Positions 23,456-33,468 are shown, counted from the first letter of the stretch. The stretch is DNA of 64,000 nt from an uncultured Chryseobacterium sp. (GCA_964649165.1 CAZYPC010000008.1:9788-73787); one strand, 5' to 3'. Numbers and translations: made by a program. Notes: generated from the letters alone by a model not told the origin.

Positions 23456-24865
23456 TCAGTACCCGCCCGCCCCTCGGTACAACCGCACCGGTCCGTCCAG
23501 CCTCACCTTCAGTACCGTCATCCACGGATCGGCCGCCTCCATCGGCACATCGATGAAGACCAGCCCGGGCACCTTGCTCCAGCTGATCTTGCCCACTACG
23601 CGGTGCGCGAGCGGCATCGAACGGCCCACGACTTCCACCGAGAGGATCTTGTTATCCAGTCCCTTGATCTCCACGCTTCCGCCTGCGGGTTGAGGGAGGA
23701 AGAGATAGAGCGCGGTGCTGTCTTGCGATAGCGTGCTCGGGCCGAAGAAGTGGCCGTTCGGTAACCCGGCTCGTGTGCCGTAGATCGCCTCCGCGTGTTT
23801 GCTCGTCCACTGGCCGATCTGTTCCAGCCGCTCGACCTGTCCAGGTGGTATGGTACCATCCTCCTTCGGGCCGATGTCAAGCAGCAGGTTGCCGCCATGA
23901 CCGATCACATCGGCGAAGATGTGGATCAGGTCGTGCGTGCTCTTGTAGTTGGTATCCTGCGGTTGCCATCCCCATTGATCGCCGATGGTCATGCATAGTT
24001 CCCATGCGGGTGCCGTCGGTGTTTCAACGGGGATGTTCTGCTCGGGCGTGGCATAGTCGCCGAACCCCGCGAGCCTCCCATTGATGATCGCCTTCGGGTT
24101 CTTCTCCAGGATCATCGCGCGCACCTTGGCCGCTTCCCATTCCTCGGCGCTGTGTTCCCAATCGCCATCGAACCACCAGAGGTCAGGATCCAGTTGTGTT
24201 GCGATCTCGTTGATCTGCTGATGGAACTCCGTCCTGAACAACTGCCACCGGGAGGGATCATCCTTGATCGTGTACCTCGTGCTGTCTTTGGTGAAGGCCG
24301 GATAATTGAAATGGGACCAGTCGATCAGCGAGAAATAAGCTCCGCGCTTCAATCCGGCCTCGGAAAGCGCTTTGAACAGGGGTGCGACCAAGCCCATACG
24401 GCCAGGAAGCCAGTTCGTATTCCCATGGTCCAGCGTTGGCGGCATTCCGTCACGGCTTGTCATCCAGTCGGTTTTCCACATGGGTACCCCGTCATGGTGC
24501 TTGGTGGTGATCACCGCGTACTTCGCCCCGCTCTTCGCGATCAGATCCGCCCATGCTGCCGGATCGTAGTTCTTCGCCGTGAAGCCCTCGAGCTGCTTCA
24601 TGTAATCGGTGTGTGACCTCTTCTTGTTGTAGAAGGCCCAGCTCTCATCCACGCCCTGCACACTGTAAATACCCCAGTGGATGAAGATGCCCAGCTTGGC
24701 GTCCTGGAACCAGCGCAGTTCCTCGCGCGCTGGTCCCTGCGCGATCAGATGACCAGGGAATGAGATGATCAGAAAATGGAATGCCAGGCACACGAAGCGC
24801 TTCGCGCGCCCAGCGAAGAACGGCTTCGTCCAGCAGGCATTCGGATCATCTGGCTGCCCGATCAT
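23456..24865 (-). CDS. alpha-L-fucosidase (GH29), second copy
   Basis: Motifs KLGIFIHWGIYSVQG, YAVITTKHHDGVPMWKT and LWWFDGDWE. I placed the start at the ATG at 24865, which overlaps the galE stop as ATGA. The ORF track extends it to 24946. Confidence 0.9.
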   Translation of the reverse strand: MIGQPDDPNACWTKPFFAGRAKRFVCLAFHFLIISFPGHLIAQGPAREELRWFQDAKLGIFIHWGIYSVQGVDESWAFYNKKRSHTDYMKQLEGFTAKNYDPAAWADLIAKSGAKYAVITTKHHDGVPMWKTDWMTSRDGMPPTLDHGNTNWLPGRMGLVAPLFKALSEAGLKRGAYFSLIDWSHFNYPAFTKDSTRYTIKDDPSRWQLFRTEFHQQINEIATQLDPDLWWFDGDWEHSAEEWEAAKVRAMILEKNPKAIINGRLAGFGDYATPEQNIPVETPTAPAWELCMTIGDQWGWQPQDTNYKSTHDLIHIFADVIGHGGNLLLDIGPKEDGTIPPGQVERLEQIGQWTSKHAEAIYGTRAGLPNGHFFGPSTLSQDSTALYLFLPQPAGGSVEIKGLDNKILSVEVVGRSMPLAHRVVGKISWSKVPGLVFIDVPMEAADPWMTVLKVRLDGPVRLYRGAGGY

Positions 24866-25890
24866 CCGATCTTCTGATGGGACAGTCCCTGCTGCCAGCG
24901 CCATGCATCGCGCAACGCGTCGTGCAGTGTGAGGGTGGGCGCCCATCGGAGCACATCGCGGCTCTTGGCCGTGTCCGCATAAACGGCCGTCGCATCGCCG
25001 GCCCGCCGAGGACCGATCACGTACGGCACCGGCGTAGCGGTCGCCTCCTTGAAGGCTTGTATCACTTCCAGCACGCTGTTCCCTTTGCCGGTGCCGATAT
25101 TGAATACTTCACAGGCCGCAGCCCCGGGCTCCTCCATCCATTGCAACGCGCGCAGGTGCGCTTTCGCGAGGTCGACCACATGGATGTAGTCACGGACGCA
25201 GGAACCATCGGGCGTGTCATAGTCGTCACCGAAGACGGTGAGCTGCTTGCGCAGACCTGCGGCGGTCTGTGTTACGAAGGGCACCAGATTGTTCGGGACG
25301 CCGAGCGGGAGTTCCCCGATGTGCCCGGAAGGATGCGCGCCCACCGGATTGAAGTAGCGCAACAGCACCGCCCGGAGCGTGGGGTCGCTCGCCGTGGTAT
25401 CGCGCAGCATCTGTTCGCAAGCGACCTTGGTGAAGCCGTAGGGCGACACCGCGTTATGGTCCGGAGCTGACTCGGTAACGGGCAGATGTTCGGGCTGCCC
25501 GTACACCGTGCAACTGGAGGAGAAAACGAGGCGCTTCAGGCCGTGTTTGCTCATCAGTCGGAGCAGCAGCACGAGCGAGCCGATGTTGTTGTGGTAATAC
25601 TTGAGAGGATCCTGTACGCTCTCGCCAACAGCCTTGTCGGCAGCGAAGTGGATGGCACCGTGGATCGGCCCTTCGGCAGCGAACATGCGCTCCATGGCGT
25701 TCGCGTCGCAGCAATCGATCCGATGTACGGCCGGTTTGCGGCCGATGATGCGCGCGATGCCCTCCAGGGCCCGTTCCTCGCTGTTGCGCAGGTCGTCCAC
25801 GATCACCGGCTCGAACCCGGCGGCGGCCAGTTCCACACAGGTGTGACTTCCGATGAATCCGGCCCCGCCGGTCACAAGCACCTTCTTCAT
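24862..25890 (-). CDS. galE: UDP-glucose 4-epimerase
   Basis: MKKVLVTGGAGFIGSHTCVEL (Rossmann fold), the YGFTK catalytic YxxxK motif, and LLRYFNPVGAHPSGHIGE. I trimmed the start from 26058 to the ATG at 25890. Confidence 0.9.
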   Translation of the reverse strand: MKKVLVTGGAGFIGSHTCVELAAAGFEPVIVDDLRNSEERALEGIARIIGRKPAVHRIDCCDANAMERMFAAEGPIHGAIHFAADKAVGESVQDPLKYYHNNIGSLVLLLRLMSKHGLKRLVFSSSCTVYGQPEHLPVTESAPDHNAVSPYGFTKVACEQMLRDTTASDPTLRAVLLRYFNPVGAHPSGHIGELPLGVPNNLVPFVTQTAAGLRKQLTVFGDDYDTPDGSCVRDYIHVVDLAKAHLRALQWMEEPGAAACEVFNIGTGKGNSVLEVIQAFKEATATPVPYVIGPRRAGDATAVYADTAKSRDVLRWAPTLTLHDALRDAWRWQQGLSHQKIG

Positions 25891-25951
25891 AGTGGTGGCG
25901 AAAATGGCGAGAATGGAGGGAACGCCGTTCGGCTTCGCACATTCGCGCCGC

Positions 25952-27739
25952 ATGTTTCGCCGGAGACCGTCGCCATCCACGCTGGCCATCCTGGCGGTGA
26001 TGGCCTTCTTCGCCATCATCACCTGGCGATGGAGCTGGAACCAGGGTCCGGCGGTCATCCGCAGCGATGCCGAGGGGTACTACGGCTACCTCCGCGCTGT
26101 CTTCATCAACCACGACCTGGGACACGAGCGACCGAACGGGACCTACCTGCACGAGACGCCGGATGGTACACTGAACAAGTATTTCGCCGGCGAGGCGGTG
26201 ATGCTCACGCCGTTCTTCCTTGCCGCACATGCTTGGGCACACTTCGCAGGCGCTGCCACGGACGGCCTTTCCACGCCGTACCTCCGCGCGGTCGGTCTGG
26301 CTGGGCTGATCTATGCTTGGCTGGGTCTGCTCGCGTTCCGTGCCCTACTGAGGAGATCCGGCATCGGCGAGCCGGTGATCAGCGTTCTGCTCCTCACCAT
26401 CGGCTTCGGCACACAACTCGTTCAGTACGCCAGCATTCAGCCTGGTTGGTCGCACGTGTACTCGTTCTGCATGGTGAGCGTGTTCCTCCTGCTCACGCTC
26501 CGGCTCGTGGAAGCGATGAACGTCCGACGCTCCGTGGCTTGGGGGCTGTCGTTCGGTCTTGTCGTGCTGCTGCGCCCGGTGAACGGACTGGTGCTGCTGG
26601 CGCTTCCGGTGGTTCTTGGGATCGGGGTGTGGGCATTCATTCGAACACTCTTCACGCGATGGGAGCGCACGATCGCCGCTGTCCTCGCCTTCGGATGTGT
26701 GATCTTCATCCAAGGCGCGTTGTGGTACGCACAAACGGGACATCTCATCGCGGATGGATACAAAGGCGAAGGCTTCCATTGGGACAGACCGGAGGTCCTC
26801 CAAGTACTGGTCGGATTCCGCCGCGGACTGTTCCTGTGGACGCCTGTGCTGCTCTTCGCCGCCCTCAGCTCGCTGCTCTTGTGGAAGACCGATCGCACGC
26901 GCGCCCTCGCGTCGCTCGCGTACTGGTCGGCGAACACGTTTGTGATCGCGAGCTGGTGGATCTGGTACTATGGCAGCGGATGGGGTGCGCGCGTCTACAT
27001 CGATCACTATCCGGTGCTCTTCCTTCCACTGGCCTTCGTGCTGTCGCGATGGAAAAGCGTTCATCCCTGGCTCTGGCGAGGCACCGTTGCGGGGCTAGCG
27101 GCCGCCTCGCTCTTCACCGTGGCCCAATTCTACCAGTACAACCACCGCCTGCTGCATGTGGAGTGCATGGACGCACGCAAGTACGCGTACAGCTTCATGC
27201 GGTTCGATGACGCACATCGGGACCGCTTCGGTGGCAACTACCGCATCGCTCCCTTCAACCCGAACGGACTGGACACCCTGCTCCACGAGAAGTGGAACGC
27301 GGAAGGAACCTGGTCGCACTGGCAGGGAAGACGCATCCGGATGCAAGGCGCTCCGAGTCCCGATCACGCGGTGGCCTGCGACCTGGTGGACGGCTTCGGG
27401 CCATCCTTCACCATGCGATCATCCGAACTGCCCAAAGGACGCGCGCTCTTCCTGGCCATCGGCTTCGAGCGCTACGTGGAGCACATGGACGACACCCGGA
27501 CCATGCTGTGCGTGACCGTGCTGGAGGATACCAGCGGCACGCAGTCGTTCTATGAACCGTTCGACATGGAGCCCCTGCCCCCCACCAAGGGCGTTTGGGA
27601 ACACGTTGAATACCGCATTTCCATCCCGCCTCCGGAAGAGGGGGAAGACCTGAAGTTCTATTTCTGGAACAAGCAGAGTGCCGCGCGATTCCGTCTCGAT
27701 GACCTGGACGTGACGGTGATGGCCGTACGCCCCTATTGA
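25952..27739 (+). CDS. polytopic membrane protein, GT-C-type (ArnT/PMT-like) glycosyltransferase candidate
   Basis: There are about 10 or more hydrophobic segments, and an early loop reads IRSDAEGYYGYLRAVF. A soluble domain of about 200 aa lies at the C-terminus. The start is uncertain (25853, 25904 or 25952). Confidence 0.5.
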   Translation: MFRRRPSPSTLAILAVMAFFAIITWRWSWNQGPAVIRSDAEGYYGYLRAVFINHDLGHERPNGTYLHETPDGTLNKYFAGEAVMLTPFFLAAHAWAHFAGAATDGLSTPYLRAVGLAGLIYAWLGLLAFRALLRRSGIGEPVISVLLLTIGFGTQLVQYASIQPGWSHVYSFCMVSVFLLLTLRLVEAMNVRRSVAWGLSFGLVVLLRPVNGLVLLALPVVLGIGVWAFIRTLFTRWERTIAAVLAFGCVIFIQGALWYAQTGHLIADGYKGEGFHWDRPEVLQVLVGFRRGLFLWTPVLLFAALSSLLLWKTDRTRALASLAYWSANTFVIASWWIWYYGSGWGARVYIDHYPVLFLPLAFVLSRWKSVHPWLWRGTVAGLAAASLFTVAQFYQYNHRLLHVECMDARKYAYSFMRFDDAHRDRFGGNYRIAPFNPNGLDTLLHEKWNAEGTWSHWQGRRIRMQGAPSPDHAVACDLVDGFGPSFTMRSSELPKGRALFLAIGFERYVEHMDDTRTMLCVTVLEDTSGTQSFYEPFDMEPLPPTKGVWEHVEYRISIPPPEEGEDLKFYFWNKQSAARFRLDDLDVTVMAVRPY

Positions 27740-27753
27740 CGCTTTACATGTCG

Positions 27754-27826
27754 TGGGCCCAGCAGGATTTGAACCTGCGACCAACGGATTATGAGTCCGC
27801 TGCTCTGACCGCTGAGCTATAGGCCC
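27754..27826 (-). tRNA. tRNA with CAT anticodon (elongator Met or lysidine-modified Ile2)
   Basis: The reverse complement reads GGGCCTATAGCTCAGCGGTCAGAGCAGCGGACTCATAATCCGTTGGTCGCAGGTTCAAATCCTGCTGGGCCCA. It has a 7-bp acceptor stem, the CTCATAA anticodon loop and a GGTTCAAATCC T-arm. The 1-72 positions are G-C paired, so it is not an initiator. CCA is not encoded. Confidence 0.9.
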
Positions 27827-27859
27827 GGTCGCCTCCACCGAAGCCTTGGGCCGGGCGGA

Positions 27860-28537
27860 ATGAGCGGCGAAAGTAGCTGGACGGGCGTGTGGATACATTC
27901 GCGGCCCGTGATCGATACCCTCCTGCTCGACCTCGGTGGCGTGCTCATCGACGTCGACTATCACCGGACGGCCGACGCGTTCAATGCGCTCGGCTTCGAC
28001 GGTTTCGAGGCCATCTACAGCAAAGCGCAACAGGACCATCTGTTCGATGGATTCGAGATCGGCGCGCTCTCACCGGACCAATTCCGCGCGCGGATCCGAT
28101 CGTTGCACGGCAACGGCATCACGAATGCCCAGGTGGACCACTGCTGGAATGCCATGTTGGGCCGGATCCCGCCGGAGCGCATCGAATTGTTGAAGCGGTT
28201 GCGCTCGCGGTACAAGCTGCTTCTGCTGAGCAACACCAACGCCATCCATGTGCCCGCCTTCGAGCGCATCATCGCCGAGCACAACGGCATCGCGGACTTC
28301 AAGGCGTTGTTCGACGGCGCTTACTACAGTTGCGAAATGGGCCTGCGCAAGCCGGATGCGGAAGCGTTCCACCATGTGCTGTCACGACATGGCGCGGAAC
28401 CTTCCAGCACCTTGTTCATCGATGACAGCATCCAGCACGTGATCGGTGCGCGGGAGGCCCGGCTGCAAGCCGAGCATCTGGACCTGCACCAGGAGGATGT
28501 CATCGGGCTGGTGCGGCGCCTTGACCTCGACAATTGA
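27860..28537 (+). CDS. HAD family hydrolase (subfamily IA-like)
   Basis: Motifs LLLDLGGVLIDVDY (motif I), LLLSNTN (motif II) and LFIDDS (motif IV). Confidence 0.8.
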   Translation: MSGESSWTGVWIHSRPVIDTLLLDLGGVLIDVDYHRTADAFNALGFDGFEAIYSKAQQDHLFDGFEIGALSPDQFRARIRSLHGNGITNAQVDHCWNAMLGRIPPERIELLKRLRSRYKLLLLSNTNAIHVPAFERIIAEHNGIADFKALFDGAYYSCEMGLRKPDAEAFHHVLSRHGAEPSSTLFIDDSIQHVIGAREARLQAEHLDLHQEDVIGLVRRLDLDN

Positions 28538-28873
28538 TCACTTCCGCGCCGCCTTCCTCCTGCTCTCCGGCAAAGGCAAAGCGCTGGCGACGCGCAGTAG
28601 CAGATCCGGCAGCTTTCGATCGCCCGTGATCACATCCTCCGGAACCAGGTAGTAGTCCTTGGATCCCGGGTACGCCGGCGCGCGTTCGCAACGGCGTTCG
28701 AGCGCGGCGCTCTCCTCCATGATCTTCACGAAGAGCTGGTCGTCGCAGATGAACGCTACGGGTTTGCCATCGGCGTACAGGGCGAATTCCCCGAACATGG
28801 AGCGCACGCTGAAGCGGTCCGGATGTCCGAGTTGTTCAACAATGAACTCGGCCGTGGCCTTCTTGGTCGCCAT
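28538..28873 (-). CDS. TfoX/Sxy N-terminal domain family protein
   Basis: 111 aa. FSVRSMFGEFALYADGKPVAFICDDQLFVK matches the TfoX_N pattern. Confidence 0.7.
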   Translation of the reverse strand: MATKKATAEFIVEQLGHPDRFSVRSMFGEFALYADGKPVAFICDDQLFVKIMEESAALERRCERAPAYPGSKDYYLVPEDVITGDRKLPDLLLRVASALPLPESRRKAARK

Positions 28874-28876
28874 CGA

Positions 28877-29278
28877 CTAGCGGATCTCCTGCGTCAGTTC
28901 CACGAGCACGCCGTTCGCGCTTTTCGGATGCACGAAACAGACCAGCTTGTTGTCAGCGCCCGGCTTCGGCTCATCGCTCAACAACTGGAATCCCTCGGCC
29001 TTCAATCGCGCCATCTCCGCCCGGATATCCTCCACTTCGAAAGCCACATGATGGATGCCTTCGCCGCGCTTCTCGATGGCCTTGGCGATGGGTCCATCGG
29101 GTCGCGTGCTTTCCAGCAGCTCGATCTTGTTGGGTCCCACCTGGAAGAAGGAGGTGATCACTCCTTCACGTTCCACCGCTTCGCGTTTGTAAGGGGCCAC
29201 GCCGATCAATTTCGTGTAGGTCTCCTCAGCCTTGCTCAGGTCGCTCACGGCGATGCCGAGGTGTTCAATGCGGATCAT
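28877..29278 (-). CDS. mce: methylmalonyl-CoA epimerase (VOC/glyoxalase fold)
   Basis: 133 aa with IEHLGIAVSDL, GEGIHHVAFEVEDI and VCFVHPKSANGVLVELTQ. Confidence 0.85.
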   Translation of the reverse strand: MIRIEHLGIAVSDLSKAEETYTKLIGVAPYKREAVEREGVITSFFQVGPNKIELLESTRPDGPIAKAIEKRGEGIHHVAFEVEDIRAEMARLKAEGFQLLSDEPKPGADNKLVCFVHPKSANGVLVELTQEIR

Positions 29279-29388
29279 GGGACAAGGTTAACCTCGACGA
29301 CGCGACGACGACCCGGGGTGAAGCACGGAACGAAAAGAAGAAAGCCCCCTGTTCGGAGGCTTTCGGATGGATCGATGCCGTAGGACCA

Positions 29389-30177
29389 TCAACGCTTGAT
29401 GAAGGTCTCCCCCATCTTGTTGTCGTAGTTCAGGTAGTACATGTCCTTCTTCAGGGTGCTCACATCGAGCTTGTTGGCGTAGCCACGTTTCACGACGTTT
29501 CCGTACTGGTCATACACCTCGTAAAGCGTGTTCCCGCTGAAGATGATCTCGTCCTTCGGTTTTTGCGGTTGCCAGGTGATCACGGCCACCGTGGGATCCG
29601 TGTAGTTGACGCTCTGGCTGTAGCGCGCCTTCTTGGTGAGATCCACCTGCTTCACCCGGAACGTGTTCTCGCCGCTGTGCGGTGTCACTTTGAAGGAGTA
29701 CGTATGCTCCCCGGGCGTGCCGGCCCCGGGCACTTCGCCCACCTTCACCCACTTGTTCCAGCGCTTCTGTTCCACAACGAAGGGCAGTTCGCCGGTCTCG
29801 TTGCTGGTGACCCACGAATAGGTGCCGTCCGCAGTCACCTGTTGTTTCACGATGTCGAACGTGCTCTTGGGCTTCAGCACCTCCGGATTGAGCACCAAGG
29901 GCGTGCATCCATCCTTGTGCTTGATCTTCACCGTCACCTTGTCCCCGAGCTTCAGACCGAAATTGGCCATGTCCACCTCGAACGCACTGGAGTTGATCTC
30001 ATCCGTCGCGATCTGGTCATTCACCGTCACTTCGTAAACGCAGAAACCGACGCCCGCTTCGGAGAAGGGGTTCTGGATGAAGAGGTTCTTGCCTTGATAA
30101 TTGCCTTCCAGCACTAGCGTGCCCGCCGATGCGGACAGCCCCATGAGGGCTACCAAGGTCAGTAAGGTTGCTCGCAT
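29389..30177 (-). CDS. exported hypothetical protein, possible T9SS-type C-terminal tail
   Basis: I placed the start at MRATLLTLVALMGLSASAG (signal peptide). The protein is beta-rich and ends ...LDVSTLKKDMYYLNYDNKMGETFIKR. I recognise no family. Confidence 0.6.
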   Translation of the reverse strand: MRATLLTLVALMGLSASAGTLVLEGNYQGKNLFIQNPFSEAGVGFCVYEVTVNDQIATDEINSSAFEVDMANFGLKLGDKVTVKIKHKDGCTPLVLNPEVLKPKSTFDIVKQQVTADGTYSWVTSNETGELPFVVEQKRWNKWVKVGEVPGAGTPGEHTYSFKVTPHSGENTFRVKQVDLTKKARYSQSVNYTDPTVAVITWQPQKPKDEIIFSGNTLYEVYDQYGNVVKRGYANKLDVSTLKKDMYYLNYDNKMGETFIKR

Positions 30178-30290
30178 CAAGGTCTGGGATAGGGGTCGCA
30201 ATGTTAGCAATTCGGGTCCGCTTGGCCTAACCCGATCCGACCGGGCAAAACCTCTGCGGATCAAGGGTTTTCATGAGCATGCCTGCGGAC

Positions 30291-30818
30291 TCATGCCGGA
30301 GGCTTGGGGGAAATGGCGGCCATCATCCGCTCGATGTCCTGCTGGTTGAATGTCCCATCATCGACATCCTGCACCACGAAGCTCCGATCACCCGCGTGCA
30401 CCACCTGGCAGTAGTGCATGAAGACCAAGCTCGGATCATCCGGGAATTCGCTCCGGTAGATGAGCAGTTCAGGCGTTTCGCGCAGCACCGCGTTCTTTTT
30501 CAATAGATCCCGCTCCAGCGAGGCCTTCAATCGGGGTATATCTCCCGGCTCCTCGCGGATCATCAACCCGAAGTGCTCTCCGGCCCGGATCTCCAACGTT
30601 CCGGTTTCGTCCTTCCAGACGATGCTGGGATCCTGTCCGGCGGTCAACTGCTTATCCGGCGGGGTGAGCAGCAACGGCAGGTCATGGCTGGACAGGTCGA
30701 TCACCGGAACAGCGGACGTGGTCGTGCTATCGGCAGCCGTGGCGGCTTCCGTGGCCGGGGGCGCATCGCCACAAGCGGCGATCAGCATCAGGGCGAGCGC
30801 GTGCAGTAGGTGCTTCAT
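30291..30818 (-). CDS. hypothetical lipoprotein
   Basis: The start MKHLLHALALMLIAACG carries a lipobox Cys. The 219-aa track ORF was trimmed to this start. Confidence 0.55.
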   Translation of the reverse strand: MKHLLHALALMLIAACGDAPPATEAATAADSTTTSAVPVIDLSSHDLPLLLTPPDKQLTAGQDPSIVWKDETGTLEIRAGEHFGLMIREEPGDIPRLKASLERDLLKKNAVLRETPELLIYRSEFPDDPSLVFMHYCQVVHAGDRSFVVQDVDDGTFNQQDIERMMAAISPKPPA

Positions 30819-30948
30819 CGGTGGCGAAGTTCCATGTGGCCAGGACCATCCATCCATGCCCTTCCTCGGCTTCTGTTCACGGCCGCCAGTGGGATCCGTT
30901 CCGCAAGCGCCCCCTATATTCGGACCACACCACCAAACCCGTGTTCCC

Positions 30949-31404
30949 ATGATGCGCTCCTCTCTCGTGATCGCCAGCCTCCTGCTCTTGGGCGTCCATT
31001 CCGCTCACGCCCAAAGCGAAGCCGTTGTGACCAAGGGGTCCGTGTGGGAGGTGCGCATGGTGAAGACCGTCGCCCACTCCCAGGAGGATTACCTCGCCCG
31101 CTTGAATGCCTTCTATCTGCCCGTGATGCGCAAGGCACAGGAGCAGGGGCTTATCAAGTCCTTCAAGGTACTGGCCGGTACGGCGTCCAATGCGGACGAT
31201 TACGATGTGATGCTGCTGGTGGAGCACGCCGGCATGGGTTTCTATGACCCGGACGCATCGCGCGACGCCAAGTGGGACGCCATCGAGAAGGACATGGTCG
31301 CGGCCATGGGTGGAGCGGAAAAGCGCAAGTCCTTCACAGCGGGTCTCGATGAGATCCGCAACTACCAAGGCGAGAAATACATGCGGGAGGTCACGGTGAA
31401 GTGA
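30949..31404 (+). CDS. hypothetical secreted protein
   Basis: The start MMRSSLVIASLLLLGVHSAHAQ is a signal peptide. The upstream part of the 314-aa track ORF is antisense to the previous gene. Confidence 0.6.
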   Translation: MMRSSLVIASLLLLGVHSAHAQSEAVVTKGSVWEVRMVKTVAHSQEDYLARLNAFYLPVMRKAQEQGLIKSFKVLAGTASNADDYDVMLLVEHAGMGFYDPDASRDAKWDAIEKDMVAAMGGAEKRKSFTAGLDEIRNYQGEKYMREVTVK

Positions 31405-31414
31405 GCATGGTCGA

Positions 31415-31990
31415 TCAGGGCGGCAGTGGCCCGTTGTAGCGTACACACGGCGTGGCATACCACGGGCACTGGTCGAACAGGGGTAGTTCCGCATGAGCGG
31501 TATCGCCACCAACGACCGTGATCACACCGAAAGGTCCGAACAGCCAGCGATCAAGGCACGCCTTGTCGATGGCCTCTGTGTAGAGGGCCGGTTGGGCGTG
31601 GTCTTTCAGGAGTTGTCGATATCGCTCGTCATCCACACGCTCCCTGTCCAGGATAAGGTAGTTGCCTGCGGGCACCGTAAGGTAGCCATGGCCCATGCCG
31701 TCGGTATGGATGGTATCGAGCACGGGCTCTCGCAGTTCGTTCATTGCCAGGTCACCACTGTCCGCATGCACTCTGCGAAGGAACATGCTCCCCTCCCAGG
31801 GTTCTGGTCGCGGCATGCCTTCCGGGCCGGGGTCAGCCCCACCGCAATAGGCCGATGTGCGGGTGACGTGGAGGTGCAACTCGCCATGCGTTGGAAGCAA
31901 TGCTGCGGGCTGTGGCTCTTCAACCGTTCGGCGGGAAGCGGTGCAGGCCAGCAGGAGCAGGATGCCGCTCATGGCGATGGCGCGCATCAT
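31415..31990 (-). CDS. hypothetical lipoprotein
   Basis: The start MMRAIAMSGILLLLAC carries a lipobox. It begins 2 nt after the ridA stop on the same strand. Confidence 0.55.
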   Translation of the reverse strand: MMRAIAMSGILLLLACTASRRTVEEPQPAALLPTHGELHLHVTRTSAYCGGADPGPEGMPRPEPWEGSMFLRRVHADSGDLAMNELREPVLDTIHTDGMGHGYLTVPAGNYLILDRERVDDERYRQLLKDHAQPALYTEAIDKACLDRWLFGPFGVITVVGGDTAHAELPLFDQCPWYATPCVRYNGPLPP

Positions 31991-31992
31991 GC

Positions 31993-32403
31993 TCAGAGGG
32001 TGGCGATCACCTTCAGCTCGATCGCGATGGGCGTTGGCAGGCAGTTGATCTCCAGCGTCGTCCGGCATGGCGGATCCTTCTCGAAGTACTCCTTCCATAA
32101 CCGGTTGTAGGTCTGGAAGTCGTCCTTCATGTTGGTGAGGAACACGGTCACGTCCACGATCTTCTCCCAGCTGCTGCCGCTGTCCTCCAGGATCCAGCGT
32201 ACATTCTGGAACACGCTGCGCACCTGCGTTTCGATGTCGTACGAAACGATGTGGCCTTGCGCATCGAGTTCCACCCCCGGGATCTTCTTCGAGCCTCGTT
32301 CGCGCGGGCCCACACCACTGAGGAAGAGCAGGTCGCCCACGCGGCGAGCATGCGGGTAGTGGCCGACGGGTTCGGGAGCTTTTGAAGAGGAGATCGAGGA
32401 CAT
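31993..32403 (-). CDS. ridA: RidA/YjgF family reactive-intermediate deaminase
   Basis: 136 aa (MSSISSSKAPEPVGHYPHARRVGDLLFLSGVGP...VDVTVFLTNM...PCRTTLEINCLPTPIAIELKVIATL). It corresponds only to the C-terminal part of the 467-aa track ORF. Confidence 0.85.
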   Translation of the reverse strand: MSSISSSKAPEPVGHYPHARRVGDLLFLSGVGPRERGSKKIPGVELDAQGHIVSYDIETQVRSVFQNVRWILEDSGSSWEKIVDVTVFLTNMKDDFQTYNRLWKEYFEKDPPCRTTLEINCLPTPIAIELKVIATL

Positions 32404-32472
32404 GTTCGTAGACGTTGGGATAAAGATGCGGCGATCATCTCTGCCAGATCGCCAGCGAACAGGATCGGCACC

Positions 32473-33468
32473 ATGATCGCCCCTATCGGCCTCATGGAAA
32501 CCCTTTTCGTGGAGGCGAACGACCTGGAGCTGCTGGATGCCTACAGCCGAACGGTCACGGGCGTTGTTGGACGTGTGGCGGAAGCGGTGGTGCATGTGCA
32601 GGTGAAAAGAACGGCGAAGGACGCGCGCAGTGGGCAGGACCGCGCGCAACAGGGAAGTGGAAGCGGGTTCATCTTGAGCAGCGACGGCTTCGTTGTTACC
32701 AATGACCACGTGGTGAGCGGTGCGCAGCAGATCCTGGTAGCCCTGCTGGACGGCCGCATGCTGAGCGCGGAAGTGAAAGGCACGGATCCCAGCACCGACA
32801 TCGCCGTACTGAAGATCGATGCGCCAGGCCTGAAGGCGCTGCGGTTCTCGCGGGATCCGGTCCAAGCGGGCCAGATCGCCATAGCCATCGGCAACCCGCA
32901 CGGGCTGCAGCACACCGTGACGGCCGGTATCGTGAGCGCGACCGGTCGCACACTGCGCGCGCAGAACGGCCGCTTGATCGACGATGTCGTCCAGACCGAT
33001 GCCAGCTTGAATCCCGGCAACAGTGGCGGTCCCTTGATCGACAGCGCCGGTCGTGTGATCGGTGTGAATACCGCCATCTTCCCCACAGCGCAAGGCCTTT
33101 GCTTCGCCGTAGCCGGCCCCCTGGCCGAACGTACCGCCGGAGAACTCATCATGCACGGCCGCATCCGCCGCGCCTATCTGGGCATCGCGGGGCAGCCGGT
33201 GAAACTCACCGATCGCATCATGGCGGCGAACAAGCTGGGAGTACGCACGGGGGTCTATGTGTTCGAGATCAGCCCGACGGCCGGGGTCGACGTGTCGGCG
33301 CTTCGCCTGGGTGATATCATCATCGGCTTTGATGGCCGGCCTGTCGCGACCGTCGACAACCTCCACTTGCTGTTGGGGGCGGACCGCATCGGGCATGCCG
33401 TGAAACTGAAGGTGCTCCGTGCTGGGGGCACCATCGAATTGTCCATCACACCGGGGGAGCTACGCTGA
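32473..33468 (+). CDS. S1C (HtrA/DegP-like) trypsin-fold serine protease with PDZ domain
   Basis: The catalytic triad context is VVTNDHVV, TDIAVLKI and GNSGGPLID. A PDZ-like C-terminus is present. There is no obvious signal peptide. Confidence 0.85.
   Translation: MIAPIGLMETLFVEANDLELLDAYSRTVTGVVGRVAEAVVHVQVKRTAKDARSGQDRAQQGSGSGFILSSDGFVVTNDHVVSGAQQILVALLDGRMLSAEVKGTDPSTDIAVLKIDAPGLKALRFSRDPVQAGQIAIAIGNPHGLQHTVTAGIVSATGRTLRAQNGRLIDDVVQTDASLNPGNSGGPLIDSAGRVIGVNTAIFPTAQGLCFAVAGPLAERTAGELIMHGRIRRAYLGIAGQPVKLTDRIMAANKLGVRTGVYVFEISPTAGVDVSALRLGDIIIGFDGRPVATVDNLHLLLGADRIGHAVKLKVLRAGGTIELSITPGELR

Noticed and set aside
31993-33396. A 467-aa ORF on the minus strand, and likewise the 314-aa ORF at 30460..31404 (+).
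   Set aside because: Only the terminal parts are credible genes: RidA at 31993..32403 and a secreted protein at 30949..31404. The upstream portions run antisense to the HtrA-like protease gene and to a lipoprotein gene, and they translate to low-complexity sequence.
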